41,466 bases of DNA from Promethearchaeota archaeon (GTDB lineage: Archaea; Asgardarchaeota; Lokiarchaeia; Sigyniarchaeales; SOKP01), in contig JAHLWP010000038.1 of the NCBI GenBank assembly GCA_019057865.1, positions 1-41,466 on the forward strand. Reading direction: 5' to 3'. Below are positions 19,720 through 29,933 of the stretch, one piece after another. The notes under the pieces are model-generated. The model did no database searches. It was not told the origin of the DNA and saw only the letters and a list, made by a program, of their open reading frames with translations. A program made the translations under genes and the position numbers. Numbering within the stretch: position 1 is the first letter of the stretch; each line of letters starts with the position of its first letter.

Positions 19720-20987
19720 AGATCTAAACGTTTTTTCTTCGCAAACAAGTCTTTTAACTCATCTAGAACCCGTAATCTTGTATTTTCCCTTGCTCCTACT
19801 TTAGCTTGATCTGGGTTAGCAATTCCTATTGGTATGCCACTTTGAGCCACTTGAAATGCTCCTGATTCTATAGCTCGGAGGCGGCTATCGATATCATTTA
19901 ATTGTTTAGCCAGACTTTCAGATAGACGAATAATAACGTTCATGGTTTCTTCTAATGTCTTACCAAGACCATCTACCTTTCTAAGTGTGGGATCAGCTAA
20001 AGAATGGGTATTGCTCATTATCTTTTTTATATATTTAGCAAATTGAGGTTCATGGGAAATCATTGAATATATTGAAGTTAAATAAATCTCGATATCAAAA
20101 GTAAAATCTTTCTTTTGTAATAATTCATTTAATTTCTCCTTTAAAAGCTCAATATTCAATAAAATTTCAGGATCTTTCTTCAAATCAGGATCAAATTTGT
20201 GTATAAAAACTATAATATATGGATTCTCTTCTAAGGCTATTATTAAATCAATAACTTTATCAAAATAGTCTAGTGCTTCATCAAATCTATCTGGATCTTG
20301 GACGTCAATAAGATAAATTAAAAGATCTAATTGTAGAAAGTATTGTTCTGGATTTTCTAAATATCGTGTTCTGTATTCCTTTTGGCCTCCTAAATCCCAG
20401 ATATAGAGGGAAAGCTTGTCACTGCCCACATTCATTCGATAAACTCCTTTTGTTGGTTGCGTCTTGATCAAATCACTTACACCTAAACGTCCTCCTAGTT
20501 TGGATAAGGAAGCTGTTTTACCAGCATTATCCAGTCCTGCTACTACAATCTTTTGTGCTTCAGTTCCAAAGTCTCTTGTATCAGCTTCAAGATTTGTAAT
20601 TATGGAACTTATTGTAATTGCTTTTTTCAAATTTCTTTCAAGTGTAGGATATTTTTCTTTAAGCTCCTCGATTTTTATTGATAAATTTTCTTTCATTTCA
20701 GATACTGTTGATGGATCCTCTGCATCTTCAAGGAATTTAATTATACTTTCAAACGGGTTTTCTTTGTTTAATTTTGAAATTTCACCAATCTTAGAAATTT
20801 CTAGCAATTCTTTTACTATATTTGATTCTTCTTTATTTAAGAATTTAAATGAATGAATTGGTAATTTTAAAATATCATCTAAAGTTTTTAGTTTGTTAAT
20901 CTTAGAATCTTTAGGATCTAAGAATTTAGAAAATACATTTATCACACTAGAAAAATCTGTTTCCGTTTTAGCCATTTTAGTAATCAA
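19716..20987 (-). CDS. Arf-like small GTPase with long N-terminal extension and C-terminal coiled coil
   Basis: G1 GLDNAGKT, G2 PTKG, G3 WDLGGQ, G4 HKFD. Confidence 0.9.
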   Translation of the reverse strand: MITKMAKTETDFSSVINVFSKFLDPKDSKINKLKTLDDILKLPIHSFKFLNKEESNIVKELLEISKIGEISKLNKENPFESIIKFLEDAEDPSTVSEMKENLSIKIEELKEKYPTLERNLKKAITISSIITNLEADTRDFGTEAQKIVVAGLDNAGKTASLSKLGGRLGVSDLIKTQPTKGVYRMNVGSDKLSLYIWDLGGQKEYRTRYLENPEQYFLQLDLLIYLIDVQDPDRFDEALDYFDKVIDLIIALEENPYIIVFIHKFDPDLKKDPEILLNIELLKEKLNELLQKKDFTFDIEIYLTSIYSMISHEPQFAKYIKKIMSNTHSLADPTLRKVDGLGKTLEETMNVIIRLSESLAKQLNDIDSRLRAIESGAFQVAQSGIPIGIANPDQAKVGARENTRLRVLDELKDLFAKKKRLDL

Positions 20988-21185
20988 ACTTTCTTATTAA
21001 TTATATTATGTTAAAATAATTTTTATTATTATTTATTAAACTTTTTAGATACTAGTTAAAAAGATAAAGATTTAAATTTTCACACCCGTTTTTAATCTAG
21101 ATCAAAATTTAAATATTTAGTTTATTTTAAATATAATACGAAGAAAGAAAAATTCCAATATAATCATTTAATTCTTTAAATTATT

Positions 21186-22109
21186 ATGCCATCACATTTT
21201 GAAGACGATGAATTTTTTGGGGATATAGGAGAGGAAGAACCCTCTTGTTGCGATAGTCCAAAACTGAGTCAGGAGGATGGATTCTATGTTTGCTTAAATT
21301 GTGGATTTGTATATTCGAGAATACTTGATGATAGCCCTCGCAGAGCTTTTACTCAAGAAGAGATCCAAAAAAGAAAAAGTAATGAAAGGGTTTACAGCCC
21401 AATTGGCCCAAGAACAATTATAAGAGGAAGTAGAGACGCTAGAGGAACATTATTAAGTCCAAAATATAAATCTAAATTTAATAGACTAGCTAAAATTCAT
21501 AGATCGTTGACTACAAGTTATGAGAGAAATTTATGGATTGCGTTACCAAACCTACAACGCTTACAAAAAAGACTAGGAATTCCTGATACTGTTGCGGAGG
21601 ATGCGCTTAGAATCTATACTCAAACTGTAAAAAAGAAATTAACAATGGGGAGAAGTATTGATACTTTACTTTCAGCTTCAATTTTCGCCGCCTTAAGAGT
21701 GCATGGTATTCCAAGAACAGTTGAAGAAATAACAAAGGTCGCACAGATACCAAAAAAGAAAGTTATTAAAAGTTATAGACTAATACTCATGGAAATACTT
21801 CCTAAATTAAATTTAAAAGTACAACATTTCTCGCCAATACGCTATGTTGATAAATTTAATGATGAATTAAAACTTTCTATGCAATGTAGAAATATAGCTG
21901 TTAAAATAATTGAAAAAGCTAAAGAATCCGGATTTAACTCAGCAGGAAAAGACCCTAAAGGAATTGCTGCTGCAGCAATATATATTGGTTCGAAAATCTG
22001 CACTGAAAATCGAACTCAGAAGGAAATAAGCAAGTTAGCACGTGTTACTGAAGTTACTTTAAGAATGAGAGTAAAAGATTTGCAAAAATATGCTAGCATT
22101 GTTGAATAA
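21186..22109 (+). CDS. tfb: Transcription initiation factor IIB
   Basis: N-terminal Zn ribbon (VCLNCG) and two cyclin repeats (GRSIDTLLSASI, GKDPKGIAAAAIY, RTQKEI...VTEVTLR). Confidence 0.92.
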   Translation: MPSHFEDDEFFGDIGEEEPSCCDSPKLSQEDGFYVCLNCGFVYSRILDDSPRRAFTQEEIQKRKSNERVYSPIGPRTIIRGSRDARGTLLSPKYKSKFNRLAKIHRSLTTSYERNLWIALPNLQRLQKRLGIPDTVAEDALRIYTQTVKKKLTMGRSIDTLLSASIFAALRVHGIPRTVEEITKVAQIPKKKVIKSYRLILMEILPKLNLKVQHFSPIRYVDKFNDELKLSMQCRNIAVKIIEKAKESGFNSAGKDPKGIAAAAIYIGSKICTENRTQKEISKLARVTEVTLRMRVKDLQKYASIVE

Positions 22110-22110
22110 T

Positions 22111-25100
22111 TTAAGATTCAGTTTCAATTAATATCAATTCTTTCTCTTCTTCAAATAATGGTAAAATCTCTAGCATCTCATTAATTTTTGGCAAAAATTT
22201 ATCCATTTTATATGATTTAACATCAATTAAAAACAAGATTAACAAGATATAAAGGGTATCTTCAACTAATTTTCTATTTATTCCTAAACTATTTAAGAAA
22301 TTATTCACGTTATCTCTAATGAGTTGTATAGATTCTCCTGCTTTTAATAAAGATAAACCATGGAGAAGTATTAATAGCGAACTAGTATTATAATCTTGTC
22401 TTTTAGAAATTGTAATAGCTAAATCAAAATATTTTTTACCAGCTTTTTTGAATTCTTTTATTTCTAATAAGCCCAAAACGTCAAAATAATATCGTTTTCT
22501 CATAGCTTTTCGTTTATTATAAAAATCACTTTTATCTCTTCGGATATCTACTGTTTTAGATTTTATTTTGGCAAATCTTTGATCTAATTCTATCAATAAT
22601 TTTGATAATTCACCATACTCCTTTCTTGATAATACTCCTTTTACTTCTTCTTCATAAATTTCTTCACCTAAAAGAGATTTCAATACTGTAATCTCAGGTT
22701 CGAATAGAACTAGTTTTTCAATAAGGAGATTTAGAGTAAACTGAAAAATTTTATTCTCCTCACTTTCAATTGCTAAGTAAAGATAGTTCATAATTTCGAC
22801 TTCAGGTAAAGTTTCTATATAAGGTCCTAGACCTTTAAGATATTTTTCAAATGTTTTTTTAGCAGTTTGAACATTTTCATTAATTAAAATTATTGAACCC
22901 AAAATTAAACTGATTGCAGCTTGCTTATAGAATTTCTTTTCAATGAGTTTAGGAAGAGTATCTAAATAAGAGATTGAAGCATTAAGATATTTTTTATTTG
23001 AAATATCTTCCAAGGCAAGTCTCCAATATTGGTTTTTCATCAATTTTCTTTTTGCAATGTCTGATTTTTCTTTTTGAATTGAATTTGCTAATTTTTTAAT
23101 TTTTCTTTTAACTTCTTCTGTTTCTGCTACTTGTTCAATAGTTTTTTCACGTTTTACCTTTTTTTGGTAATCCTTACCTAAATAATCATAAAGAAATTTC
23201 AATTCTTCTTCGAATAGTGGTAAATTCTCTATATAGGAGATTGCCTCTTTAAGTTTAGGTTTATCTTTAAGTTTCTCTAATTCTATTATGTATTCTATTA
23301 ATTTTATTGGAAAACTTTCAGAAATAAGTTTCCATAAATTAGATAGCTCTTTTTTCGTTTCATTGAATAGTGTAGTAATCTCTTGAGTTTTATTTTGTTT
23401 CATCAGTATTAGACTAGCTATAACTAAAGAAACGCCGCCTAAATTATACTTTTTATTTTTAAAATGTCTAAAAATATTATTTCTATATATTTCTACAGCT
23501 TTATCGTATTCTATATTTTTTAAAAAATTTAAAGCATCGTTAAAATATGCTCTTTTAAATGCTTTCCTTTCTTTTAATTGTTTTTCTTGGTCAAGTAATG
23601 CTTCTTGTCCTTTAGTTTTAACAATTGGTAACCTTTCTTTTAAGATTTCTGCTTCCTTTTTCTTTTCTGCTTCCTTAGATTCACGAGCACTTTTTTCTGC
23701 TTCAAGTTTAGCAATTTTTTTATGCATTTCTGTTTTAAATTCCTTACTTTCAATTCTATCATTATAGACATGGGCGTTATGTAGATCATTTAAATCTATA
23801 TAAATTTCAACGATCTTCTTATATATTTCATCTAAATTAATTTTTAATCGTTCTTCCTTATCAAGATACTTTGAAATAATATTTTCGATTTTTTTTATTA
23901 ATATTGTTGCTTGATTAATCCCAGAGAGGTTTTCTTCACTTTCCAAAACCCTCAAAGCTTCCTTTTTGATAATTTTTATAAAAAGAAGACTTATTTGTTT
24001 TGATTCATCATAAAGCAATTGATTTCTGAAAATTCTATTTGAATTCTCAAAAATACTTTCATTTCTTTTATGAGTCTCTTGTTTCTTAATTTCTTTCAAT
24101 TTTAGTATGTATACAGGATAAACTCTTGTTAAATATTTTTTTTTCATATCTTTTGTAAGATCTTCATATATTACAAAAAAATCTTCAAATATTTTTGCAT
24201 CTAATAACACATCTAAAGATTTTGTTAAGATTTGGTGGCTAATATCTTCTTTACCAATAATTTTAAGATAATTAGCTTGATTTTTAAGAATATTTGCTGC
24301 ATTTAAATGTTCATTTAGCTCAATTAAATTATTAGCTTCTTCGATTTTCTGAGAATTTATGTCCACAATAATATTTAATTCAGCTTCTACAAATTCACCA
24401 AGTAAATCTACTCCTTTTTTAAGATTTTCCTCTATTTCCTTTTTCTTTGATTCTTTATACTCATCTTCTGCTATTGAACTTAATTTTGTTACTTTTTTCT
24501 TTAACTTTAAAGAACTTAATTTACTAATTAAAATCGTAGAAATACCAAAATTATATTCTTTAAGAAATAAGGTTATCAATTTTTCCAATATTGAATCTAG
24601 ATTTTTCTTTTGTACATTATATGATTCCCACATATTTTCAATTTCATCATAAGTTTGTTTTGCGGCATAAATCTTATTTTGATTAACCTGTTCCTTTAAG
24701 ATTCTTATTAATATATCACTTAATTTTTCTGTTAATTTTTCTATTTCTTCAGATAGTCCCTCGCGTTGGTATTTATCTATTGCTCGATATAATTGTTCTC
24801 TTGCCGATTCATAATCATTTATGCTTACCAAGAAATCCCCTTCATCTCTAATTTTTTCTGAGATCTCCTTCAGAATAGTCAAGATTTCTTTATGGGGTAA
24901 ACTTTCGAGAATTCTAAACGCATTTTCAACCCTACAAGCGGAAATCCAAGAATTGATTGATAATCTAAAAGTCTCATGAATTATTTTCTCATCCCTTAAT
25001 TCAATGCTTGACCATTGTGCTGCTTTTTCGTATATTCTCGCTGCTTTTTCATATTTCCCTTTATTAAATAACCGATTACCATCAGTAATCATTGCCTCAG

Positions 25101-25845
25101 CATATAACTTTTTATAATTTATTGATTTTTTTCTGTCAACTCTTTCTAAAATTTTGCTTGCTTCTAAATATAAGTTGAGTTTTGAATAGAGATAAGCTGC
25201 TTGGTCACAAAGGATAAAATATTCTTCTTTATTGTAAATATCGGCAATAAGAGCTGCTTTTTTTACAGCTTGAGCAGCATAATAATAATTTTTGTTATCA
25301 TAGTAAATATTTGCCATTTGGATAAATATTGGAAATCTCATCCATGCATTTTCAATATTTAATGGAGAATCACCATTAATCATAGCTAAACATAGAGCTT
25401 GAAGTGCTTGATGAAAATTTCTAGGATTTAAATTTACAAACGCTTCTAAACTGGGATAATTAACCCAAATGGTTTCCAATAAGTCATTTACTGACATTGG
25501 TAAAACACCATTTTGATCATAAAAAATTATAACTGTTGGTATATCTCTCTTAACCAAAAATATATCGGGAAGAAGCATCTTGAATTTTTCAAATTCTCCT
25601 ACTTCCAAAGGATTTAAAAAGTAAACAATTCCGTCAGCAGTAGGAAGTAGCTCATCAAAATCAGCTGCAATATTTGTAATAACATCAACTTCTAAATCGC
25701 AATAATCTTCTAAAACCCTTATTTCCCTATACCATTCGTTATAAGATTCTTTTTCTTCTCCAATTTCATTAAAAGCTTCAGAAATATAAAGGTTAGATAT
25801 TTCTGGATTGCGGGAAAAGATCAAGATTTTGAAAATGTATCTCAT
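22111..25845 (-). CDS. 1244-aa alpha-solenoid (TPR/SNAP-like) protein, possible degenerate GTPase-fold N-terminus, three C-terminal repeats
   Basis: Helical TPR-like patterns (YEKAARIYEKAA); repeats ending LPLFEEE, LVLFEPE, LPLFEEE. Confidence 0.75.
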   Translation of the reverse strand: MRYIFKILIFSRNPEISNLYISEAFNEIGEEKESYNEWYREIRVLEDYCDLEVDVITNIAADFDELLPTADGIVYFLNPLEVGEFEKFKMLLPDIFLVKRDIPTVIIFYDQNGVLPMSVNDLLETIWVNYPSLEAFVNLNPRNFHQALQALCLAMINGDSPLNIENAWMRFPIFIQMANIYYDNKNYYYAAQAVKKAALIADIYNKEEYFILCDQAAYLYSKLNLYLEASKILERVDRKKSINYKKLYAEAMITDGNRLFNKGKYEKAARIYEKAAQWSSIELRDEKIIHETFRLSINSWISACRVENAFRILESLPHKEILTILKEISEKIRDEGDFLVSINDYESAREQLYRAIDKYQREGLSEEIEKLTEKLSDILIRILKEQVNQNKIYAAKQTYDEIENMWESYNVQKKNLDSILEKLITLFLKEYNFGISTILISKLSSLKLKKKVTKLSSIAEDEYKESKKKEIEENLKKGVDLLGEFVEAELNIIVDINSQKIEEANNLIELNEHLNAANILKNQANYLKIIGKEDISHQILTKSLDVLLDAKIFEDFFVIYEDLTKDMKKKYLTRVYPVYILKLKEIKKQETHKRNESIFENSNRIFRNQLLYDESKQISLLFIKIIKKEALRVLESEENLSGINQATILIKKIENIISKYLDKEERLKINLDEIYKKIVEIYIDLNDLHNAHVYNDRIESKEFKTEMHKKIAKLEAEKSARESKEAEKKKEAEILKERLPIVKTKGQEALLDQEKQLKERKAFKRAYFNDALNFLKNIEYDKAVEIYRNNIFRHFKNKKYNLGGVSLVIASLILMKQNKTQEITTLFNETKKELSNLWKLISESFPIKLIEYIIELEKLKDKPKLKEAISYIENLPLFEEELKFLYDYLGKDYQKKVKREKTIEQVAETEEVKRKIKKLANSIQKEKSDIAKRKLMKNQYWRLALEDISNKKYLNASISYLDTLPKLIEKKFYKQAAISLILGSIILINENVQTAKKTFEKYLKGLGPYIETLPEVEIMNYLYLAIESEENKIFQFTLNLLIEKLVLFEPEITVLKSLLGEEIYEEEVKGVLSRKEYGELSKLLIELDQRFAKIKSKTVDIRRDKSDFYNKRKAMRKRYYFDVLGLLEIKEFKKAGKKYFDLAITISKRQDYNTSSLLILLHGLSLLKAGESIQLIRDNVNNFLNSLGINRKLVEDTLYILLILFLIDVKSYKMDKFLPKINEMLEILPLFEEEKELILIETES

Positions 25846-26077
25846 ATCGCATTTTTATAAAAATTATAAAATTTTTTTTTAATACTTATTGTATAAATAA
25901 TTATGATTCTTTTTTATTTTTATTTTATAACAAGGAACTATATTGATTACAATTAACTCATAAAATTAAGAGTATAAAACTTATGATAAAATTTATTATT
26001 AGTAGGGCTCTTTTAAATATAATTATTTAAATTCAAGTATTTATAAAAATTTTTAAGGACAAATCGGAGATTCAACA

Positions 26078-26740
26078 TTGGATTACATTGAAAGGAATTA
26101 TCATATTATTGAACAAAGAATGATTGAGCAAATGGAACACTCTATAGAATTAGGAAGACAATTAATTGAGACAGAATTGGATACAGGGTTATTAAATTTT
26201 ATCGTAAAACCTATAGTAAAGACTTTTTATGATTTATGGGCTAAAAATGATGCAAGGTCTGGAACTTTGAAACAAATTAAAATTACTCTAGATAGCGGTA
26301 AAGAATTATTACTTAATGGCAATTTAGAACAAAATCTTGATAAAATTGTTGAAGAAAACTTTCCAAAATTTTTTGAAGCTGATCAAACGCATACTCAATG
26401 CTCGAAAACACATCAAAATTATAAAAGAATAAAACAAGTTGCAAAAGAAACGTTTATGAATTATTTGAAAGAAGTGATAAAGCTTTTAGAAGTAAAGGAT
26501 GATGTAGAAAATTATGGAGACTTATGTCGGGTAGCATTTCCTTCCAGAAAAATAGCTGAAGAGAATTTAATGAGACAGTTAGATTGTACAGAAAAAGGTA
26601 TTGTAATAGTTGAAGAGGATCTTTCAATTCTTAAAATCCCATTAGGACGGAAAATTATTGTCAAAGCACTTAGACGAGGTCTTGAGTTAACTAAAAAAGA
26701 ATTTATTAATGCTTTAAATGATACATATAATCAAAAATAA
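26078..26740 (+). CDS. Hypothetical protein, tandem paralog A
   Basis: Aligns end to end with 26851-27510; GGAG SD before TTG. Confidence 0.8.
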   Translation: MDYIERNYHIIEQRMIEQMEHSIELGRQLIETELDTGLLNFIVKPIVKTFYDLWAKNDARSGTLKQIKITLDSGKELLLNGNLEQNLDKIVEENFPKFFEADQTHTQCSKTHQNYKRIKQVAKETFMNYLKEVIKLLEVKDDVENYGDLCRVAFPSRKIAEENLMRQLDCTEKGIVIVEEDLSILKIPLGRKIIVKALRRGLELTKKEFINALNDTYNQK

Positions 26741-26850
26741 TTAAACTATTAATTTTATAGTTGATTTAAAATAATATAAGTTCTATTTTTCTTAAAACAG
26801 AATAATGAAGATATAAATTATACTTGATCAGTCCTGTTGGAGAATAACTC

Positions 26851-27510
26851 ATGAATTATTTGGATAGAAACTATAAAATCTTAGAACGAAGAATGATTGA
26901 TCAAATGCAAATTTCACTCAATTATGGAAAATCCCTTATTGATTCTGAATTGAATGTTGGTGCTCTAAATTTTGTTGTAAAACCAATTGTAATATCATTT
27001 TATAAGTATTGGTCTGATAAAGATGCTAAAGTGGGAACATTAGAACAAATTAAAGTAACGCTTGATTCTGCTAAAGAACTTGTAGTAAATGGAGATCTTT
27101 CAAAAGAAAAATTGGATAAAATTATTGTAAAGAATTTTCCAATCTACCTTAAAAATGATCAAACGGATAAGCAGTGCCGACAAGATCACAAGAATTATCT
27201 AAGACTCAAAGAAGTAACAAAAAAATGCTTTGAAACACAGGTTGAAGAAAGTTTCTTATTTTTGAAAGTTGAGGAAGATATTAAAGATTACAGTGAATTA
27301 TCGAGAGCAGCATTTAAATCAAAAGAAAAAGCATATCAAGCTTTAAAGCGTCAGTTAGACTTTAATGAGGAGGGTATTTCGATTGTAGAAGAAGATGATT
27401 CAATTTTAAAAGTTCCTATGGGCAAAAATATAATTTTAAAAGTACTTCGAAAGGGATTTGAACTTACAAAAAATCAATTAATAGAAGAGCTTGACCACAT
27501 TTTTAATTAG
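26851..27510 (+). CDS. Hypothetical protein, tandem paralog B
   Basis: Shares LNFxVKPIV, GTLxQIKxTLDS and IVEEDxSILK with paralog A. Confidence 0.8.
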   Translation: MNYLDRNYKILERRMIDQMQISLNYGKSLIDSELNVGALNFVVKPIVISFYKYWSDKDAKVGTLEQIKVTLDSAKELVVNGDLSKEKLDKIIVKNFPIYLKNDQTDKQCRQDHKNYLRLKEVTKKCFETQVEESFLFLKVEEDIKDYSELSRAAFKSKEKAYQALKRQLDFNEEGISIVEEDDSILKVPMGKNIILKVLRKGFELTKNQLIEELDHIFN

Positions 27511-27557
27511 AACAAGTAAAATGTTATAAATTCTACAAATAAGCATTTGATATTATC

Positions 27558-28604
27558 TTGATTGAAGAAGCTAATGGAAATGAACAAAAAACCCTGTTAA
27601 GAACAGTTTTTTTAAATATCTTAATTAATATTTTCATTATTATGACCTATGTATATATTTCAGAACCTTTTGGATCAATCTCAACCAGTTTTATTAAAAG
27701 CCAAGATTTTGAAATAGAATTTGGAGTGACACTGCTAATTTTTACATTTCTATCTTTTCTAGCAGGATCTTATCATGGATTTATAGCCGGTTTTTTAGGT
27801 GAATTACTATTTCAACTAGCTTTTTATCATGAATTATATCTTGAGTGGTGTCTAATTGTTGCTATTTTAGGTTTTTTATGTGGCATATACAAGTATAAAC
27901 CTTTAAAATATCAAGAAGGAATGAAAACTTATTATACGTTTATTATACTAATTGCTATTTCGTTTTTGATGACTGGTATTATCATTTTGTTTTATTACAT
28001 ATTCCATCATAATGAATTTAGTAACGAAACTATAATTCAAAATTTTGGTTTTAAATTTTTTATGCAATCACTTATTTCAATTATTTTTATAATTCCTCTG
28101 CTTCTAGCGTTATATGATTGGATTTTAGCCAAGGATGAAAAATTTATATATAATATGCTCTTAACTCATCATCCCGTTTCAGCAAGTGACCATACTTTTT
28201 ATTTTAAATTTGGGAGAACCAGAATTTTTCTATGTTCGAGGTGTTCTGGAGTAATTCTAGGTGGGATTATTGCTCTATTTTCAACCTATTTAATAGAAAA
28301 TATATTTAATTCTGGATTTAGTCCTGAATTGGCAGTAATTTTATGTATTGTGCTCCCAATACCAGGACTGACGGATTGGGGAACACAAAGGTTATTATTA
28401 AGGAAAAGTACAACAACTTCAAGGTTATTTACAGGATTTATTATTGGAAATGCCTTGCATTTTATATCGTTGACAGAAAAGTATTATTTTTTTATCTTAT
28501 TCTTAATTATGTTTTACTTCAGTATTTTCTTTCTACTTGTATATTTAGGCCACAAAAAGGAATTGAAATTATTAAAAGTCGAAGTTGATGGATTTTCTTC
28601 TTAA
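27558..28604 (+). CDS. Membrane protein, ECF S-component-like region fused to a DUF2085-like domain
   Basis: GSYHGFIAGFLG; HH...LCSRCSGVILG, DWGTQ...SRLFTG. Confidence 0.65.
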   Translation: MIEEANGNEQKTLLRTVFLNILINIFIIMTYVYISEPFGSISTSFIKSQDFEIEFGVTLLIFTFLSFLAGSYHGFIAGFLGELLFQLAFYHELYLEWCLIVAILGFLCGIYKYKPLKYQEGMKTYYTFIILIAISFLMTGIIILFYYIFHHNEFSNETIIQNFGFKFFMQSLISIIFIIPLLLALYDWILAKDEKFIYNMLLTHHPVSASDHTFYFKFGRTRIFLCSRCSGVILGGIIALFSTYLIENIFNSGFSPELAVILCIVLPIPGLTDWGTQRLLLRKSTTTSRLFTGFIIGNALHFISLTEKYYFFILFLIMFYFSIFFLLVYLGHKKELKLLKVEVDGFSS

Positions 28605-28661
28605 GAACAAATTGAATAATTTAATATTTCTCTTATCGATAAAAAATTATAAATAATCTAG

Positions 28662-29201
28662 ATATTAAAAAGGAAGGTTTCAAAAACGGAAAACATAATA
28701 TTTATTCATGGACTTGAAAGTTCTGGTCGTGGATTCAAAGCTCTATATTTAAAAAGGCAATTACTTGAGATATTAACACCTAGTTTCATAGAATTCACAT
28801 CAGGTATATCATATAAAATTTTATTGAAAAAGAGGATGAATCAATTAATTGAAATTTTAAAAAATAAAGAATCTTGGATAATTATTGGATCAAGTTTTGG
28901 AGGATTAATGGCAGTACTTTATACATGTCAATATCCTTTCAAAATCAAACATCTGATTCTTCTTGCCCCTTATTTAGCTATTCCCGAACTAGATCCTAAA
29001 AATTTTTCAAATTTACCTCTTAACATTCCTATAATTATTTATCACGCTAGACAAGATAAAATCGTTTCAATGAAAAAGTCTCGAGCAAGAGCAGAACAAC
29101 TTTTCTCCAATATTACTTATCATATAATTGAAGATGATAACCATAAACTCCAATCCACTGTACAAAGAATAAATTGGAAAGAATTGATTCAACATATTTA
29201 A
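28662..29201 (+). CDS. Alpha/beta hydrolase (YqiA-like esterase), non-canonical (probably ATA) start upstream of the called TTG at 28824
   Basis: GSSFGG nucleophile elbow, LLAP, Asp and His; the IFIHGLESS motif lies in frame upstream of any ATG/GTG/TTG. Confidence 0.8.
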   Translation: MLKRKVSKTENIIFIHGLESSGRGFKALYLKRQLLEILTPSFIEFTSGISYKILLKKRMNQLIEILKNKESWIIIGSSFGGLMAVLYTCQYPFKIKHLILLAPYLAIPELDPKNFSNLPLNIPIIIYHARQDKIVSMKKSRARAEQLFSNITYHIIEDDNHKLQSTVQRINWKELIQHI

Positions 29202-29338
29202 CTTAGAAAATTGAAATTTGGAATTTATTATCTATTTCTCTTTTTACAACAATTTTTAAAAACTGGACTCCATTTTTTTTAAAATTAATCATTAACATCA
29301 TTTTATTAACATTTAAAAATCTAAAAAGTGTAATAAAG

Positions 29339-29857
29339 ATGGATTGGAATAATATTGCTGATAAAATTTTTTTATGGTATAATGAGTTTATAGAATGGTA
29401 TTTAGTACAACCTAATTATGGTCAGATATTAGTAATAATTGGGATTGTAGCACTTTTAGCAATTTTAATAACTCTTGTTTATTATCTGATAAAAGGTATT
29501 AGTTATTTAGTTTACTATGCTATTAAGGGGGTCTATTATCTTCTCAAGGGTGTTGGCTTTGGTTTTTATAAATTATGTGAAGGTTTTTACTATTTAATAT
29601 CAGGTGAACCAAAGCCTAAAAAGCAAAAACAGAATCTAATCCCCCAAAATAAACAATCTAATGGGCAATATGAAGAACCTTACAGATTAATGGAAATAGT
29701 TCAACATAATATTATATATTGCAATGAGTGTGGAAATAAATTTTCTGAAAAAATGCATAATAATTTAAAAATCAATGGAATTGCTTTCTGTGTACATTGT
29801 GGAAAAAGATTTGAATTAAACGAAACTCCAAAACACACAATTTCTATTTATCCTTAG
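29339..29857 (+). CDS. Membrane protein with C-terminal Zn ribbon
   Basis: TM segment, CNECG...CVHCG. Confidence 0.75.
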   Translation: MDWNNIADKIFLWYNEFIEWYLVQPNYGQILVIIGIVALLAILITLVYYLIKGISYLVYYAIKGVYYLLKGVGFGFYKLCEGFYYLISGEPKPKKQKQNLIPQNKQSNGQYEEPYRLMEIVQHNIIYCNECGNKFSEKMHNNLKINGIAFCVHCGKRFELNETPKHTISIYP

Positions 29858-29933
29858 TTAAATTTTATGCTAAAATCAAAAAAAATTAAAATAAGCAAAT
29901 AAAAACAATATTATATAGGTGTAATTAAAGAGA

